DNA from: Terrimicrobiaceae bacterium
GTDB taxonomy: Bacteria > Verrucomicrobiota > Verrucomicrobiia > Chthoniobacterales > Terrimicrobiaceae
DNA: 64,000 bases
NCBI GenBank assembly: GCA_041752695.1
Contig: JBGSVZ010000031.1
Coordinates: forward strand, 32,001-96,000
Reading direction: 5' to 3'
The notes beneath the pieces are model-generated. The model had not been told where the DNA came from. It did no database searches and worked only from the letters and a program-made list of their open reading frames with translations. This document shows positions 1-10,099 of this stretch, in pieces. Position 1 is the first letter of the stretch. Each line of letters opens with the position of its first letter. Made by a program: the position numbers and the translations under genes.

Positions 1-1374
1 CACGGCGTCGGCCTGTTCCCCGATCCCGGCGTCGTGGTAGAGAAACGGGCGGGGGGACTCGAGTTCCTTGGTGAGAAACTCCACGCGGCGGGCCTCCTCC
101 CAGGAACTGAAGTCCGGCGCGGGCTGTCCCATCGCCGCGAGCACCTGGATAAGCGCCTGGTCGTGGAATTTGCTGTTCTGGCGGATATCAAGTTCGGCGA
201 GGTGGAAGCCAAAAACGTCCAGCGCGCGGCGGACGGGCCAGACGGCGGTGTCGGCAAGACGTTTGGCGCCCGTGGCAATCAGGGAGTCCGAGAGGAGGGC
301 GAGGTCGGCGTCGAGTTCGTTCGGTGCGAGGTATCCGGGGCCTTCGGAAAAGCCGGGAAGGTTGGCCTGGAGGAGAAGGACGTATTGCCGCCAGGGTTCG
401 TCGGAATACTGGCGCGCGATGGCCTCGGCCGCGGTGGGGTTTTCCGCACAAAGGCGCCCGATCGCGGCGGCGAGGGGTTTCGGGGTTTGCTGAAAATTGC
501 TGGAAAGCGGGAGCTTCACGGCCAGCGCGTCGAGGTGCTTGTGCATGACCTCGACGGCGTTCTGGCGCAGTTCCGTAAGGGATTCTTCTGTAACGCTGGC
601 GGTGACGAAGGGGTGTCCGTCACGGTCTCCGCCGACCCAGGTGCCAAAGCGAACGCGGGGCCAGTTGTGCGGGTTTTCCAGCAGGGCGTTGTCGAATCCG
701 GCATCCTGCCAGGCATTGCGCAGGCGTTCGTCGAGCTGTTCGAGAGCCAGCGGGAAAACCTCGCGGAGGTAGAAGTTGGTGCCGCGCCGTTCGGTGGAGA
801 CGGTGGGTTTTTCCAGAAGGATCTCCCCGGTGCGCCAGAGGCGTTCGAGCACGACCTTGATCTCGTCGCGGATGGCCTGACGTTCCGAAGGCGTGAGCGA
901 GGGGTTTTCCAGCGACGTGAGCAGGCGGTAGATGTCGCGATGCTGTTCGAGCACGGCGGCGCGCTTGGCCTCGGTGGGGTGGGCGGTGAGGACCGACTCG
1001 ACGCGAACGGAGGGCAGGTAGGCCGCGATTTCTTCCCCGGTGAACCCTGCTTGCTTAAGCCGCGCAAGTTGCTGGCCCCACAAGCCGGGCTCGGAAGAGA
1101 GGCCGTGTTCAATTTCCCGAAGGCGGCGGGTTTTGGCCGAGGCATTTTCCTCCACCATGTTGAGGAGCTGGAATGCGATCGAATAGGCCTGTTCGATCCG
1201 GGGAGGGGGTTCGTGCACATCGTGGATCTTTCCACTCTCCTGCCACGGCAGAAATTCCGCCGCCTTGTCTTCACCGAGTTCGCAGAGAACCTCCTTGAGA
1301 CATCCCATCAAATAGTCCAGGTCCGTATCAATTTTAACGAACCCCGAAGCAATGTAATCAGCCGTTGTCTTCAC
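1..1374 (-). CDS. ppc: Phosphoenolpyruvate carboxylase (5' part; runs off window start)
   Basis: Not in the ORF track. Manual minus-strand translation from GTG at 1374 gives MKTTADYIASGFVKIDTDLDYLM...VLTAHPTEAKR...FGTWVGGDRDGHPFVT, containing both PEPC signature motifs. Confidence 0.93.
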   Translation of the reverse strand, partial: MKTTADYIASGFVKIDTDLDYLMGCLKEVLCELGEDKAAEFLPWQESGKIHDVHEPPPRIEQAYSIAFQLLNMVEENASAKTRRLREIEHGLSSEPGLWGQQLARLKQAGFTGEEIAAYLPSVRVESVLTAHPTEAKRAAVLEQHRDIYRLLTSLENPSLTPSERQAIRDEIKVVLERLWRTGEILLEKPTVSTERRGTNFYLREVFPLALEQLDERLRNAWQDAGFDNALLENPHNWPRVRFGTWVGGDRDGHPFVTASVTEESLTELRQNAVEVMHKHLDALAVKLPLSSNFQQTPKPLAAAIGRLCAENPTAAEAIARQYSDEPWRQYVLLLQANLPGFSEGPGYLAPNELDADLALLSDSLIATGAKRLADTAVWPVRRALDVFGFHLAELDIRQNSKFHDQALIQVLAAMGQPAPDFSSWEEARRVEFLTKELESPRPFLYHDAGIGEQADAV

Positions 1375-1571
1375 CCGCGCGGCATCATTGAGATATTCGC
1401 GGGAAAATCAACCGCAGAGTTTTTTTGTGGCATCCGCCCCCCAGCCAATCGGATAGAAAGACTCCACCGCCAGTCTGCTAGGGCCACAATATGAGCCACC
1501 GCCGCATTCTCCCCACGCTTCGTCTAGCCTATTCCGATCTCACGCCTTCTTGAAGCGCAAGTCCAGGTCGC

Positions 1572-3974
1572 CTAAAACGCGTTATCCTTCTTTTCTGTTT
1601 CGACGAATACTTTGTTCAGGTCGCCGAGGAGGAGGAGGGCCCTTTCTTCCTTCTTCACGAGCTCCCCAACATTGCCAGGGGACTGCTCCTGTTGGCACTG
1701 AATTTCCGCAATCAGCATCTCCGCGGACGCAATCACGCCTTCAAATTGGCTCTGCGTCTTTTTGTCAGTCATGCTTTCCGCCTTAAGTTGCTTGAAATAC
1801 CGAATTTGGAATTCCAGCCAGGCCAGCGCTTCGTCGATAGCGGCAAAACCACCGACAAGGCGACCACCGGAACTGAAGGCCGGGGGAGAGGGCTGGTCGG
1901 GGCGTTTAGGAATAACGGCCTCGGGGAAACTGGAAATTCCCTCGGTCTGCTTGCGGTCACCAATCACCGTGGGGGTGATGAAGATGATCAAATTCTTTTT
2001 GATCTGATCCCGGCTTTTGCTCTTAAAGAGCTGCCCCAGCCCGGGAATGTCCTTGAGGAATGGCACCCCGGTGTCATTGCGTGAGTCGGTCGACTCATCG
2101 AGGCCGCTCACCGCCAGGGTGTAACCGGAATCGACCTGCAGTGCCGCATTGTAAACTCGCGAGGAGGGAACTGGGTAGGGTTGGGTCTGCCCGGGTTGAA
2201 GGGTGATGTCTTCAAAACCAACGATGCGGGAAATCGTGATGGCTACGTTGAGGATCACCGAGCCGTCGGGCATGGTCTTCGGCAACACATTGATGATCGT
2301 CCCGATGGGAAGATAAACAACTTCGGAGACGCTCGTTCCCACGTTGTCGCCCCCATTGACGGCAGAGACGGAGCCAAGAATCGGTTGGTTGACGACACTG
2401 CGGATCGCTACTTCCCGATTGTTGATGGTCAGCATCCGGGGGTATTGCACGACACTGGTGTCGCGATCACGCATGAACGCTTCCAATCGGACCGTCACAT
2501 CATCAGGAGAAAGCACCGCGGAATAGCTGGTATTCATGGTGGTCGTCCTCGTGCTCATGTTCTGGTTGACCGGATCGGTAAACCTCACATTGCCGGTCGC
2601 AGGATCGACAGTGACGCTGGATCCGAAGCTTGTCCCTCTGGCAAGGTTTCTCCCATTGAGGGTCCCACCGCCGCTGAAAAAGCGGTTCATCGTGTCACCA
2701 ACCGCTTCAGTATTGATTCCGCCTTCGGCCGTCGCCGAAGCGCTCGCGGTGACCCCGTATCCGCCTTCAAGAGTTTCGGACCAATTGATGCCTAGCTCTT
2801 TGGAAGGATCTTTGCTGGTCTCCAGGAATTTGATTTCGATGCTGATGAGGGCTTGCGGGCGATCGACCGCGCTGAGGAAGCCTTCCACCCACTGGTGTTG
2901 TTGCCTGGTGGCCACAATATACAGGGTGTTGGCATCCGCGTTGTAGATTACCTGAGCGCCGCCGTCTCCTTTGGCGGATCCGTCCTCACTGAGGCCGCTC
3001 CCTGCGAGATTGAGAGACGGTGGCACGTTGAGTGGTCCTGTGCTCTCGACGCTCGTCTCGCCCGCATTAATGCCCGTCATGCCACTGGTGGGAATTCCCA
3101 GCAGTTTTTTGATTTCCTCAACAACTTGGGGAGGTTTGATTTCAAAGACGTCGGTTGGTTCCTGCAGGGTGAGGTCGATTCCCGTGAGGCCATCTCCGCC
3201 CGTATTTCCGGCACCGCCGCTCTGCTGGGCACCCGTGTAGCGAATGAGGTCCTGGGGATTAAATTTGAGCTTGTAGGTGCGCGCGATCAGTTCCTTCTCG
3301 TTGAGGGGACGCATGAACCAGATCCCATTGTCGTAAAACAAGGCGACACTGTTCGCCCTGGCGATCGTCTCCAGCGCCAGGAACGGGCTGGAGCGAAGGG
3401 TGAATGTCACCAGCGTATTCTCCACGGCGGAAGATTCCTGCATGGCGACAAAAGGGATTCCGGCATCGTCCGCCAGGAAGCGTAGGACGTCACGCAGCGA
3501 GGCGCGGTCGAAATTGTAGAGTTTGGCGGGTGCATTGCGCAGCTTCTTGGCCATCGCATTGCCCCAGTTATAATCCGTGTAAACCTCGAAGGGGGGAGGG
3601 GTGACCTGAGAGCCGGTCCCGCCAGCACTGACCGAGCCCACAGGGGAGACGGTCACCGAGGGTTGATTACTCGCCAGGATGGCCTGTTTGGGCGGCAAGG
3701 CTGATGCCGAGCTGATTGGCAGGCTTTCCGACGCAGAACGGGGAGTCTGAATGGTAGGTTGCGGCGTTTGAAAGGAAGGCTGGGGAGCTTGGAAAGATGG
3801 CTGGTTCTGGGCGGGAGACATCGAAGTTCCCAGAAGGGAAAACACGACCAAGGTCGCCAGGACTTGCGATTCGCTTCGTCTTAAACTTGGTGGGCGCGGG
3901 GTTTGATCTGGATCACAATCACGTCTCGATGCGGGCCTCGCCGAGACAGGCGCAGCTTTATTCACAAGGTTCAT
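1572..3974 (-). CDS. Secretin (PilQ/GspD family), divergent from the pilus operon
   Basis: N0-like ASLRDVLRFLADDAGI, N3 region, secretin core VDRPQALISIEIKFLE, GVPFLKDIPGLGQLFKS, LIIFITPTVI. Start uncertain (3974 chosen). Confidence 0.88.
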   Translation of the reverse strand: MNLVNKAAPVSARPASRRDCDPDQTPRPPSLRRSESQVLATLVVFSLLGTSMSPAQNQPSFQAPQPSFQTPQPTIQTPRSASESLPISSASALPPKQAILASNQPSVTVSPVGSVSAGGTGSQVTPPPFEVYTDYNWGNAMAKKLRNAPAKLYNFDRASLRDVLRFLADDAGIPFVAMQESSAVENTLVTFTLRSSPFLALETIARANSVALFYDNGIWFMRPLNEKELIARTYKLKFNPQDLIRYTGAQQSGGAGNTGGDGLTGIDLTLQEPTDVFEIKPPQVVEEIKKLLGIPTSGMTGINAGETSVESTGPLNVPPSLNLAGSGLSEDGSAKGDGGAQVIYNADANTLYIVATRQQHQWVEGFLSAVDRPQALISIEIKFLETSKDPSKELGINWSETLEGGYGVTASASATAEGGINTEAVGDTMNRFFSGGGTLNGRNLARGTSFGSSVTVDPATGNVRFTDPVNQNMSTRTTTMNTSYSAVLSPDDVTVRLEAFMRDRDTSVVQYPRMLTINNREVAIRSVVNQPILGSVSAVNGGDNVGTSVSEVVYLPIGTIINVLPKTMPDGSVILNVAITISRIVGFEDITLQPGQTQPYPVPSSRVYNAALQVDSGYTLAVSGLDESTDSRNDTGVPFLKDIPGLGQLFKSKSRDQIKKNLIIFITPTVIGDRKQTEGISSFPEAVIPKRPDQPSPPAFSSGGRLVGGFAAIDEALAWLEFQIRYFKQLKAESMTDKKTQSQFEGVIASAEMLIAEIQCQQEQSPGNVGELVKKEERALLLLGDLNKVFVETEKKDNAF

Positions 3975-4165
3975 TTGGTTAAGGCGGATTCGCTTCCTTG
4001 GAAGCAGGGCGTTGTTGGAATAGAAAATTTTCGGGTGCGATACCAGCCAAAAATTTGTTTTTTTCAGGACATTTGCGCGACCTGTTGCCATTTTTGAGCT
4101 AAAGATTTACCAAGTGTTGCGTATTTTTTTCTTCGTGTTTTCCCTGATTGTGGTATCAGTACACC

Positions 4166-5476
4166 ATGATGAAAACGCAACTCTTGCGGCTTCGAGGTTT
4201 CACACTCATCGAAATTCTTATCGTGATCGCCGCGGTTTCGGCACTTACTTCCGTGGGTTATGTGACCGCCACTTCGGTAAAGGACTCGGCGGAGCAGAAC
4301 AAGCTGACGTCGGATGTTGCCTCGTTAAACTCTGCCGTCCAAATGTATCTGGCCTCTGGGGGATCTCTACCGAATGGTGCGACGTCGCAAAGCGTTCTTG
4401 CGAAGTTGAAAACGCGTTCAACGATGGCTGCCAATCAGGGGACGGTGGGATTGGCGGGAAGTTTTGTCGATTCGCGGATTTCCCCGCAGTTTTCTTCCGG
4501 CAGCTCCAAGCTGAAGGCTTTTTGGGATCCGACAGCATCCCGGTTTTATACGAGGAAATCGACGGATGATGGAATTGTCGCCTTCGACCTTGATGAGGCG
4601 GCCGCTGCTGGTGGAGTCACAACGGAAGCTCGCGCGCAAACCCTCGTCGCTTCGGACGTCAGTAATGGCCAGCCAAAGTGGGTTTGGGATTATTCGGACA
4701 CCACTCCAGCCCCTTGGACGGGCAATAGTGGCGTCGGCGCGCCATCGGCCCCGTTGGCCGCTTACCTCTCTCAGCAGTTTCAGGGAGGCGGGTTGTCGGT
4801 GACATCCCCCGATGGCTCCGTGGACCTGGGTCATCTCTACCGGGATGCCGGTTATGATTCCCGGCTGGGCCTGTTTTCTTTGGAAGGAATGGGGGCGGAC
4901 GTCTATGACCTCTCCACTGAGGCGGGTGCCAAAGCCTTTTTGGAAGAGGCGATCAGGCGGGTGCTTTCGGATTCGACGGATGGTCGGATTGTGGCCGATG
5001 CCTCCCAAGGCGATTCGGTTGGATCCAATGGCCAATTTCAGTTTACCGCGGGTGATATGCTCGCCGCGATCCTGATTCCCAACGGAACATTCGAAGATGC
5101 CTTGGCCGGCCTTATTGACGGTTCGATCACTTCGGGAAGTAACCTTTACCCGTTGTTGTCGCTTTCCCTGCCTACAGACCGCGCACCGTTTTTTGAATCT
5201 CAAATGGCTTACCTCGGCAACGGAGTTTATGCCATCGAAGATATTACCGGGCTGTCCTCGGATCAGGATTATAACGACTTTCTTTTTAAGACGGCTGATC
5301 TCGACCAATTGCCCGATTCTTCGGTGAAAACGATTGATCCGACGACATACTATTTGGATTATCAGTATTGGGATTCGCCCGGCCCTAATGGGAAAAGCCT
5401 TAAGGAAACTCTGGTGGCGGCTGGTGTGATTTTTATCAATCCTTCCACGGGTGAGATTACCGCGGCCGGAAGCTAA
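4166..5476 (+). CDS. Large prepilin-like protein with C-terminal DUF4114-like domain
   Basis: LRG|FTLIEILIVIAAV prepilin site; C-terminal AIEDITGLSSDQDYNDFLFK resembles the DUF4114 EDxxxxxDxDYND motif. Confidence 0.8.
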   Translation: MMKTQLLRLRGFTLIEILIVIAAVSALTSVGYVTATSVKDSAEQNKLTSDVASLNSAVQMYLASGGSLPNGATSQSVLAKLKTRSTMAANQGTVGLAGSFVDSRISPQFSSGSSKLKAFWDPTASRFYTRKSTDDGIVAFDLDEAAAAGGVTTEARAQTLVASDVSNGQPKWVWDYSDTTPAPWTGNSGVGAPSAPLAAYLSQQFQGGGLSVTSPDGSVDLGHLYRDAGYDSRLGLFSLEGMGADVYDLSTEAGAKAFLEEAIRRVLSDSTDGRIVADASQGDSVGSNGQFQFTAGDMLAAILIPNGTFEDALAGLIDGSITSGSNLYPLLSLSLPTDRAPFFESQMAYLGNGVYAIEDITGLSSDQDYNDFLFKTADLDQLPDSSVKTIDPTTYYLDYQYWDSPGPNGKSLKETLVAAGVIFINPSTGEITAAGS

Positions 5477-5554
5477 CCGCGCGCGCCATTCGCGATCTAC
5501 TTTCTTCAATTTTAACCGATAACGCATTCTCTTCCTCCGGGCAATTTTTCCTCC

Positions 5555-6616
5555 ATGTTGCTTCTTGAACTCCCCGAGGACTGTCCGGTTGCTCTCCGAA
5601 TTCGTGATCTTGCGACCTCGGAAGGGATTAGCGATTTCTATCTCACGCCCGGGGATCCGCTATCGTATAAGTATAATGGGCAGCTGATCTACGATGATTT
5701 GATCTTCGAAATGGCCCTGCCGGCCGAGATTCCCCCCGGTCATCACGACTGCGCGATTGACTTGCATCATTATCGATTCCGCGTAAACCAAATGACAACC
5801 CAAGGGAGGCTCCGTTGGGTCATGCGGTTGCTGCCGAGTAAGATTCCGCGGCCACAGGATATCAAGGTCCCTGCTTCAGCCTTAAAGGCGTTTCTTGAAG
5901 CCAGATATGGCCTTTTCCTCGTCTGCGGTCCCACGGGAAGTGGTAAATCCACGACCATTGCCTCCATGGTGCTGCACCGGGCGAAACGGCGGAGGGAGCA
6001 TGTTATTTCGTTTGAGGATCCCATCGAGTTTGTGTACCCGGATGGGCTGCCCTCCCTGATCTCGCAACGGGAAATGGGCAGTGATGAGATGGACTTCGGC
6101 AAGGCCCTCCGCGCGTCCCTGCGACAAGCTCCCGACGTGATCATCATTGGCGAGATTCGGGATGGCGAAACTGCTGAAATTGCCTTGCAGGCTTCTGAAA
6201 CCGGCCACGTGGTTGTGGCCTCGCTGCATACGTCGTCAGTGTCCCAGACTGTGCAACGTTTCCTGAAGTTGATCCCCTCGGACCGCCTGGAGAACGCCCA
6301 GGAAACCATGGCAGACATGTTGCGTTTGGTTCTCTGCCAGCGCCTCCTGTTGGATCAAAAGCAAAGCAAACGCTTCCCCATTCATGAAGTCATGCTACAA
6401 TATGACGGAGTGGTGAATATCATACGCCGCGGCGATTTCAAAAAACTCGATCAGGAACTCGAAACCGGATGGAAAAAAGGCATGTTTGATTTTACAAAAA
6501 GTGTCGAGATCAGGGGCACGGAAGGCTTCGAATCGTTATCTGGGAGGAAGCTGGCGGGGAACTCCTGGGAAGAGATTGAGGATTATCTTGAAAACCAACC
6601 GGAGGTATCGCGATGA
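5555..6616 (+). CDS. pilT: PilT/PilU-family retraction ATPase
   Basis: Walker A GPTGSGKST, EDPIE Asp box, LRQAPDVIIIGEIRD, His box TGHVVVASLH. Confidence 0.85.
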   Translation: MLLLELPEDCPVALRIRDLATSEGISDFYLTPGDPLSYKYNGQLIYDDLIFEMALPAEIPPGHHDCAIDLHHYRFRVNQMTTQGRLRWVMRLLPSKIPRPQDIKVPASALKAFLEARYGLFLVCGPTGSGKSTTIASMVLHRAKRRREHVISFEDPIEFVYPDGLPSLISQREMGSDEMDFGKALRASLRQAPDVIIIGEIRDGETAEIALQASETGHVVVASLHTSSVSQTVQRFLKLIPSDRLENAQETMADMLRLVLCQRLLLDQKQSKRFPIHEVMLQYDGVVNIIRRGDFKKLDQELETGWKKGMFDFTKSVEIRGTEGFESLSGRKLAGNSWEEIEDYLENQPEVSR

Positions 6617-7482
6617 AAGGCGAAGACCTTCTTTCCGTTTTAAACTTTTCGGCTTTCCGCCCTGAGCCCGATGATCCCTCTGCGACTTGGCGTAAAAGGT
6701 TTCCCGGCCAGCGCACGGTGCTGTTGAATTTGGGCCGTTCCGCGACCGCATGGCGGGGAGTTCAGCGAAATGGAAAACTGGCGGAAGGCGATACCGCGGC
6801 GGGCGAGCTTAAGGAGGTGCTTGCTGAACATTCCTTTCAGATCAAAGAATTGTCGGAGCACGGGTGGTGCGTGGTTTCTCTGAACACCCGATATGTGATC
6901 AGCTTGGAAGCGAATCTTTCGCGCCGGGTCGGCAGCGAAGATATCATCAAATCCAATCCACGAAGTGTACTCGGTGCACGTTACGAACGCGGGAAACGTT
7001 ACGCGGTGACCCACAATCCGGAGACGAACTCAAGCATTTTGCTGGCCTGTGACGAAGAGCACGTCCGCAAAATCGAATCGACCCTGAAGGAAGCGGGCTT
7101 GCAGATTGGCAGAATTTGCTGCGGGACCTATGTTCTGCTCACCCATGCCTTGGCGCAAACCAACACCACCAAGGGATCCGACAAGCCTTCCAGCCGGTTC
7201 TATGTGGTTTGCTGTCAGGGATCCGTCTGCGCGCTGATTCAGGACGGAGATCGATGGACCGAACTTCGTTCCCGTACCGACGTTTACGAAGGAATGGCGA
7301 ATCCGATCATGGATCTCATCTCCCCCTTCAAGCAGCGCTTGCCCGAAGGGGCGGACATCGTTTTAGCTTGTGACAATCCTGTTCCTCAACTGGCGGATAG
7401 CTTGGGTGACCTTTTCGCGGATCGAAAGTTAATTGATTTGACCCAGCCTGACCTGCTGTGGACGCTCCTTACCCAGAACTGA
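6613..7482 (+). CDS. Cytoplasmic protein, positional PilM-like (divergent)
   Basis: Coupled to pilT (ATGA overlap), no TM segment, precedes PilN/O/P-like genes. Assignment by synteny only. Confidence 0.5.
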   Translation: MKGEDLLSVLNFSAFRPEPDDPSATWRKRFPGQRTVLLNLGRSATAWRGVQRNGKLAEGDTAAGELKEVLAEHSFQIKELSEHGWCVVSLNTRYVISLEANLSRRVGSEDIIKSNPRSVLGARYERGKRYAVTHNPETNSSILLACDEEHVRKIESTLKEAGLQIGRICCGTYVLLTHALAQTNTTKGSDKPSSRFYVVCCQGSVCALIQDGDRWTELRSRTDVYEGMANPIMDLISPFKQRLPEGADIVLACDNPVPQLADSLGDLFADRKLIDLTQPDLLWTLLTQN

Positions 7483-7487
7483 ATTGA

Positions 7488-8072
7488 ATGCAAATTCACG
7501 CCAGAATCATTGACGACTTTAAGACGGAGCGGAAGGACATCAGTCCTCCTCTTCAGGCCTACCTCCGTCTTGTCCCTGTGTTGCTTTATGCAGCCATAGC
7601 CGGGTCCATTCTCCTCAACGCCCTTTTCATTGCCCGATATAGTCAGGCGGGTTCTGCAAGGGATACAGCCGTTCGACAGGATTCCGAACTGAATACCGAA
7701 TTGGATGGCGTCAAGAGTCGCCGCCAGGCCTTGGAAGATGAGACAAAAAAAGCCAGCGATCTATCGGCTTGGGTTGAGGCGTCCCGCCCCCTGCAGTCGC
7801 TCGTCGTTGAAATCGCGCGCAGTATGGGTTCGGATGCGTCCTTGGTGGACTTGTCCTTGGAGCGCGACACCACGAACCCCGCGCAGATTCTCCTCTCGAT
7901 GCGTCTGCAAAGTGAGAATCCCAAGCAGCTTGATGAAACCGTCCAAACGATTGCTCGAAATCGGTTTAGGACGTTTTCTCCCCAGCAGACTATGGAAAAG
8001 GGCGTCGTCGATTACAAAGCCACCCTTCTTTGGCAGAGTTCGGCTCGCGAGCAAACCGCCCCCGCGCAATGA
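7488..8072 (+). CDS. PilN-like bitopic alignment protein
   Basis: Single TM, coiled coil, small periplasmic domain; operon position. Confidence 0.55.
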   Translation: MQIHARIIDDFKTERKDISPPLQAYLRLVPVLLYAAIAGSILLNALFIARYSQAGSARDTAVRQDSELNTELDGVKSRRQALEDETKKASDLSAWVEASRPLQSLVVEIARSMGSDASLVDLSLERDTTNPAQILLSMRLQSENPKQLDETVQTIARNRFRTFSPQQTMEKGVVDYKATLLWQSSAREQTAPAQ

Positions 8073-8605
8073 ATAAGAAACATCTCGCCTGCGTTGTTAT
8101 CATAGTGCTCATTGCCTGCATTGTTCAATTCACGCTCTGGATGAACAAGCGTTCGGTGAACATGCGGAATGAGGCTGATGGCGCGAAGGCCAAGGTCTCT
8201 AATACCTCCATGCAGTTGCAGATTGAAAAAGGGCAATTGGCAGAACTCGACAAAAACTCCCGGTCCCTGATCGAATATTTAAAATCCTGGCAACCGTATT
8301 TTCGGGCGGTGGATTCCGCACAGAATGCGGAACTAAAAATTTCGCTGCGAATCAAAGAGGCCAATCTGGTGAGTCTGAGCCAAAAATATGAAGTGGCGTC
8401 GAATCCCGGAAACGCTTTTCTTCCCTCGGTCATGCGTGCGCAACTCACTTTCGAAGACGACTACGTCACGCTCTTGAACTGGCTGGGACAGGTTGAATCG
8501 CAGTTGCCGACGCTGAGAACGAGTGGAATTCGATTGAGTCGGGGATCCGGGGCGAACGACCTCAGGATGGAACTCGTTTTGGAACAACCCTTGTTGAAAA
8601 AGTGA
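8069..8605 (+). CDS. PilO-like bitopic alignment protein
   Basis: Start MNKKHL at 8069; TM + coiled coil + LTFEDDYVTLLNWLGQVESQLPTL, a PilO-like motif. Confidence 0.65.
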   Translation: MNKKHLACVVIIVLIACIVQFTLWMNKRSVNMRNEADGAKAKVSNTSMQLQIEKGQLAELDKNSRSLIEYLKSWQPYFRAVDSAQNAELKISLRIKEANLVSLSQKYEVASNPGNAFLPSVMRAQLTFEDDYVTLLNWLGQVESQLPTLRTSGIRLSRGSGANDLRMELVLEQPLLKK

Positions 8606-9123
8606 TGAAGACGTCCTTGGTGATTTTTCTTTGCGTGGTTTCCTCCGCTTTTGGTGTTTCCGATGTGGGTCTTCTCCCGGAGGACCGGATTTTCCTTGAG
8701 GTGACGGGAACGGAAAGGAACCCGTTTGGGCTGAATCTTCCCAAGGAAGAGATAGCAAAGCCCAAAGTTGAGAACGAAGAAGCACGGATTCGCGCCACCC
8801 TGGATTCTTTCACCGTTGGCGGAGTCAGCCGCAGCGAAGCCGGTGTTAAGGTTCTTTTTGGACCGCTTGTGTTGGAAAAAGGCAGAGAGGTCGCACCGGT
8901 CATTCCCAATCAGACGGAGGAACTGCAGGTCGTTTCCATTTCCGAGAAGAGCCTGGAGTTGGGTTTTGTGGAGAGCAATGGCGTGGTGGCGCTGCGCAAA
9001 GTTTCCATCACCCTGGACCTTGCTCCCGGCGTGCAGTTTAAACTGGGGAAAAAAGCCGACGGGGGCAAGGGCCGCGGCTTTGATGGAGTCATCAGTAAAG
9101 ATGAACCCGCAACCCAACAATGA
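8602..9123 (+). CDS. Exported PilP/GspC-like protein
   Basis: Signal peptide, RNPF motif typical of PilP, beta-rich C-terminus. Confidence 0.55.
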   Translation: MMKTSLVIFLCVVSSAFGVSDVGLLPEDRIFLEVTGTERNPFGLNLPKEEIAKPKVENEEARIRATLDSFTVGGVSRSEAGVKVLFGPLVLEKGREVAPVIPNQTEELQVVSISEKSLELGFVESNGVVALRKVSITLDLAPGVQFKLGKKADGGKGRGFDGVISKDEPATQQ

Positions 9124-10099
9124 TTTACGGTGCCGGTGTGCAACACCGATAAACCGAAAATCTCCCGGATTTGGGAGAGGCGGGGGATTCACCTTCGTCG
9201 AGTTACTGGTCGCGATTTCCGTGGGGGCTGCTGTTTTGGCCGCGGCCGTGCTTTGTTTTCAGGCGATCGGAGCCTCTCGCGGGCGAGCGGGAACGTATGA
9301 GTCGGTGCAGGTGGGGTCGATATCGATCGCCAATTTTTATTATCTAAACACCAACGCGCTCACCGTCTGGTTCGCACCCAATTACGGGCGGATGGCACAG
9401 GCGGAGGCGATCAAGGATCAGTTCATCAAGGACTCGCAGAGAACAATGGCCGTTTATTGTCTACCGAGAGTGGGGCCAAGTTCCATCCGGCCGTCCAGCA
9501 TCAGTCTCTCTGGCACCTACGCCGCCACCAATTTTGACCTCCGGCGTTTGGACACGGGCGAGGCCTTCCGGCAATTCCTCGCCAGCACAGTCACCGCATC
9601 CGGATCGGTCTTTACCTCCAATGCGTTTGCTACGGAAGGTGCGGTGCGAGGACAAAACCTTTCGGTCTTTATGGTTTCTTCGGGCGTGTCGGGAAATTCC
9701 GCGGCTTTGTTTATCGATGCCGTTTATGAATTGGATTTTGTCCGGGTGACGAACAGCCCCTCGGGAACATTTGCCTCCGTGCGCCGCTATGCGGGGACAA
9801 ATCGGGTGGCGCCCTCTGATTTTTACGATATTTTTTATCCCGATTACTGGAATGGGACCGATACGACTCTGGTGGACAATTCCCGATTTTACGTGGCGGC
9901 CAATTTCGAGCGTTCAGATCGCTCCACGGGGACTACCGTTTCCTCCAATCGGGTTGCTGTGAACCAGCCCTTCTATTTTGTGTGGTGGCCGGATCCGGCG
10001 TCGGTGACCCTGCCGACCGGGTCGTCGACGAACTATAAGGCCATGATGCGAGACCAGACGTCTTATCTCATGGTCGTTCCCATGTTTCCCGCCTTATGA
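9101..10099 (+). CDS. Minor pilin (PilW/PulJ-like)
   Basis: GGG|FTFVELLVAISVG prepilin site; about 330 aa. Confidence 0.8.
   Translation: MNPQPNNDLRCRCATPINRKSPGFGRGGGFTFVELLVAISVGAAVLAAAVLCFQAIGASRGRAGTYESVQVGSISIANFYYLNTNALTVWFAPNYGRMAQAEAIKDQFIKDSQRTMAVYCLPRVGPSSIRPSSISLSGTYAATNFDLRRLDTGEAFRQFLASTVTASGSVFTSNAFATEGAVRGQNLSVFMVSSGVSGNSAALFIDAVYELDFVRVTNSPSGTFASVRRYAGTNRVAPSDFYDIFYPDYWNGTDTTLVDNSRFYVAANFERSDRSTGTTVSSNRVAVNQPFYFVWWPDPASVTLPTGSSTNYKAMMRDQTSYLMVVPMFPAL

Noticed and set aside
34..1494. 486-aa plus-strand ORF
   Set aside because: Antisense shadow of ppc on the minus strand.
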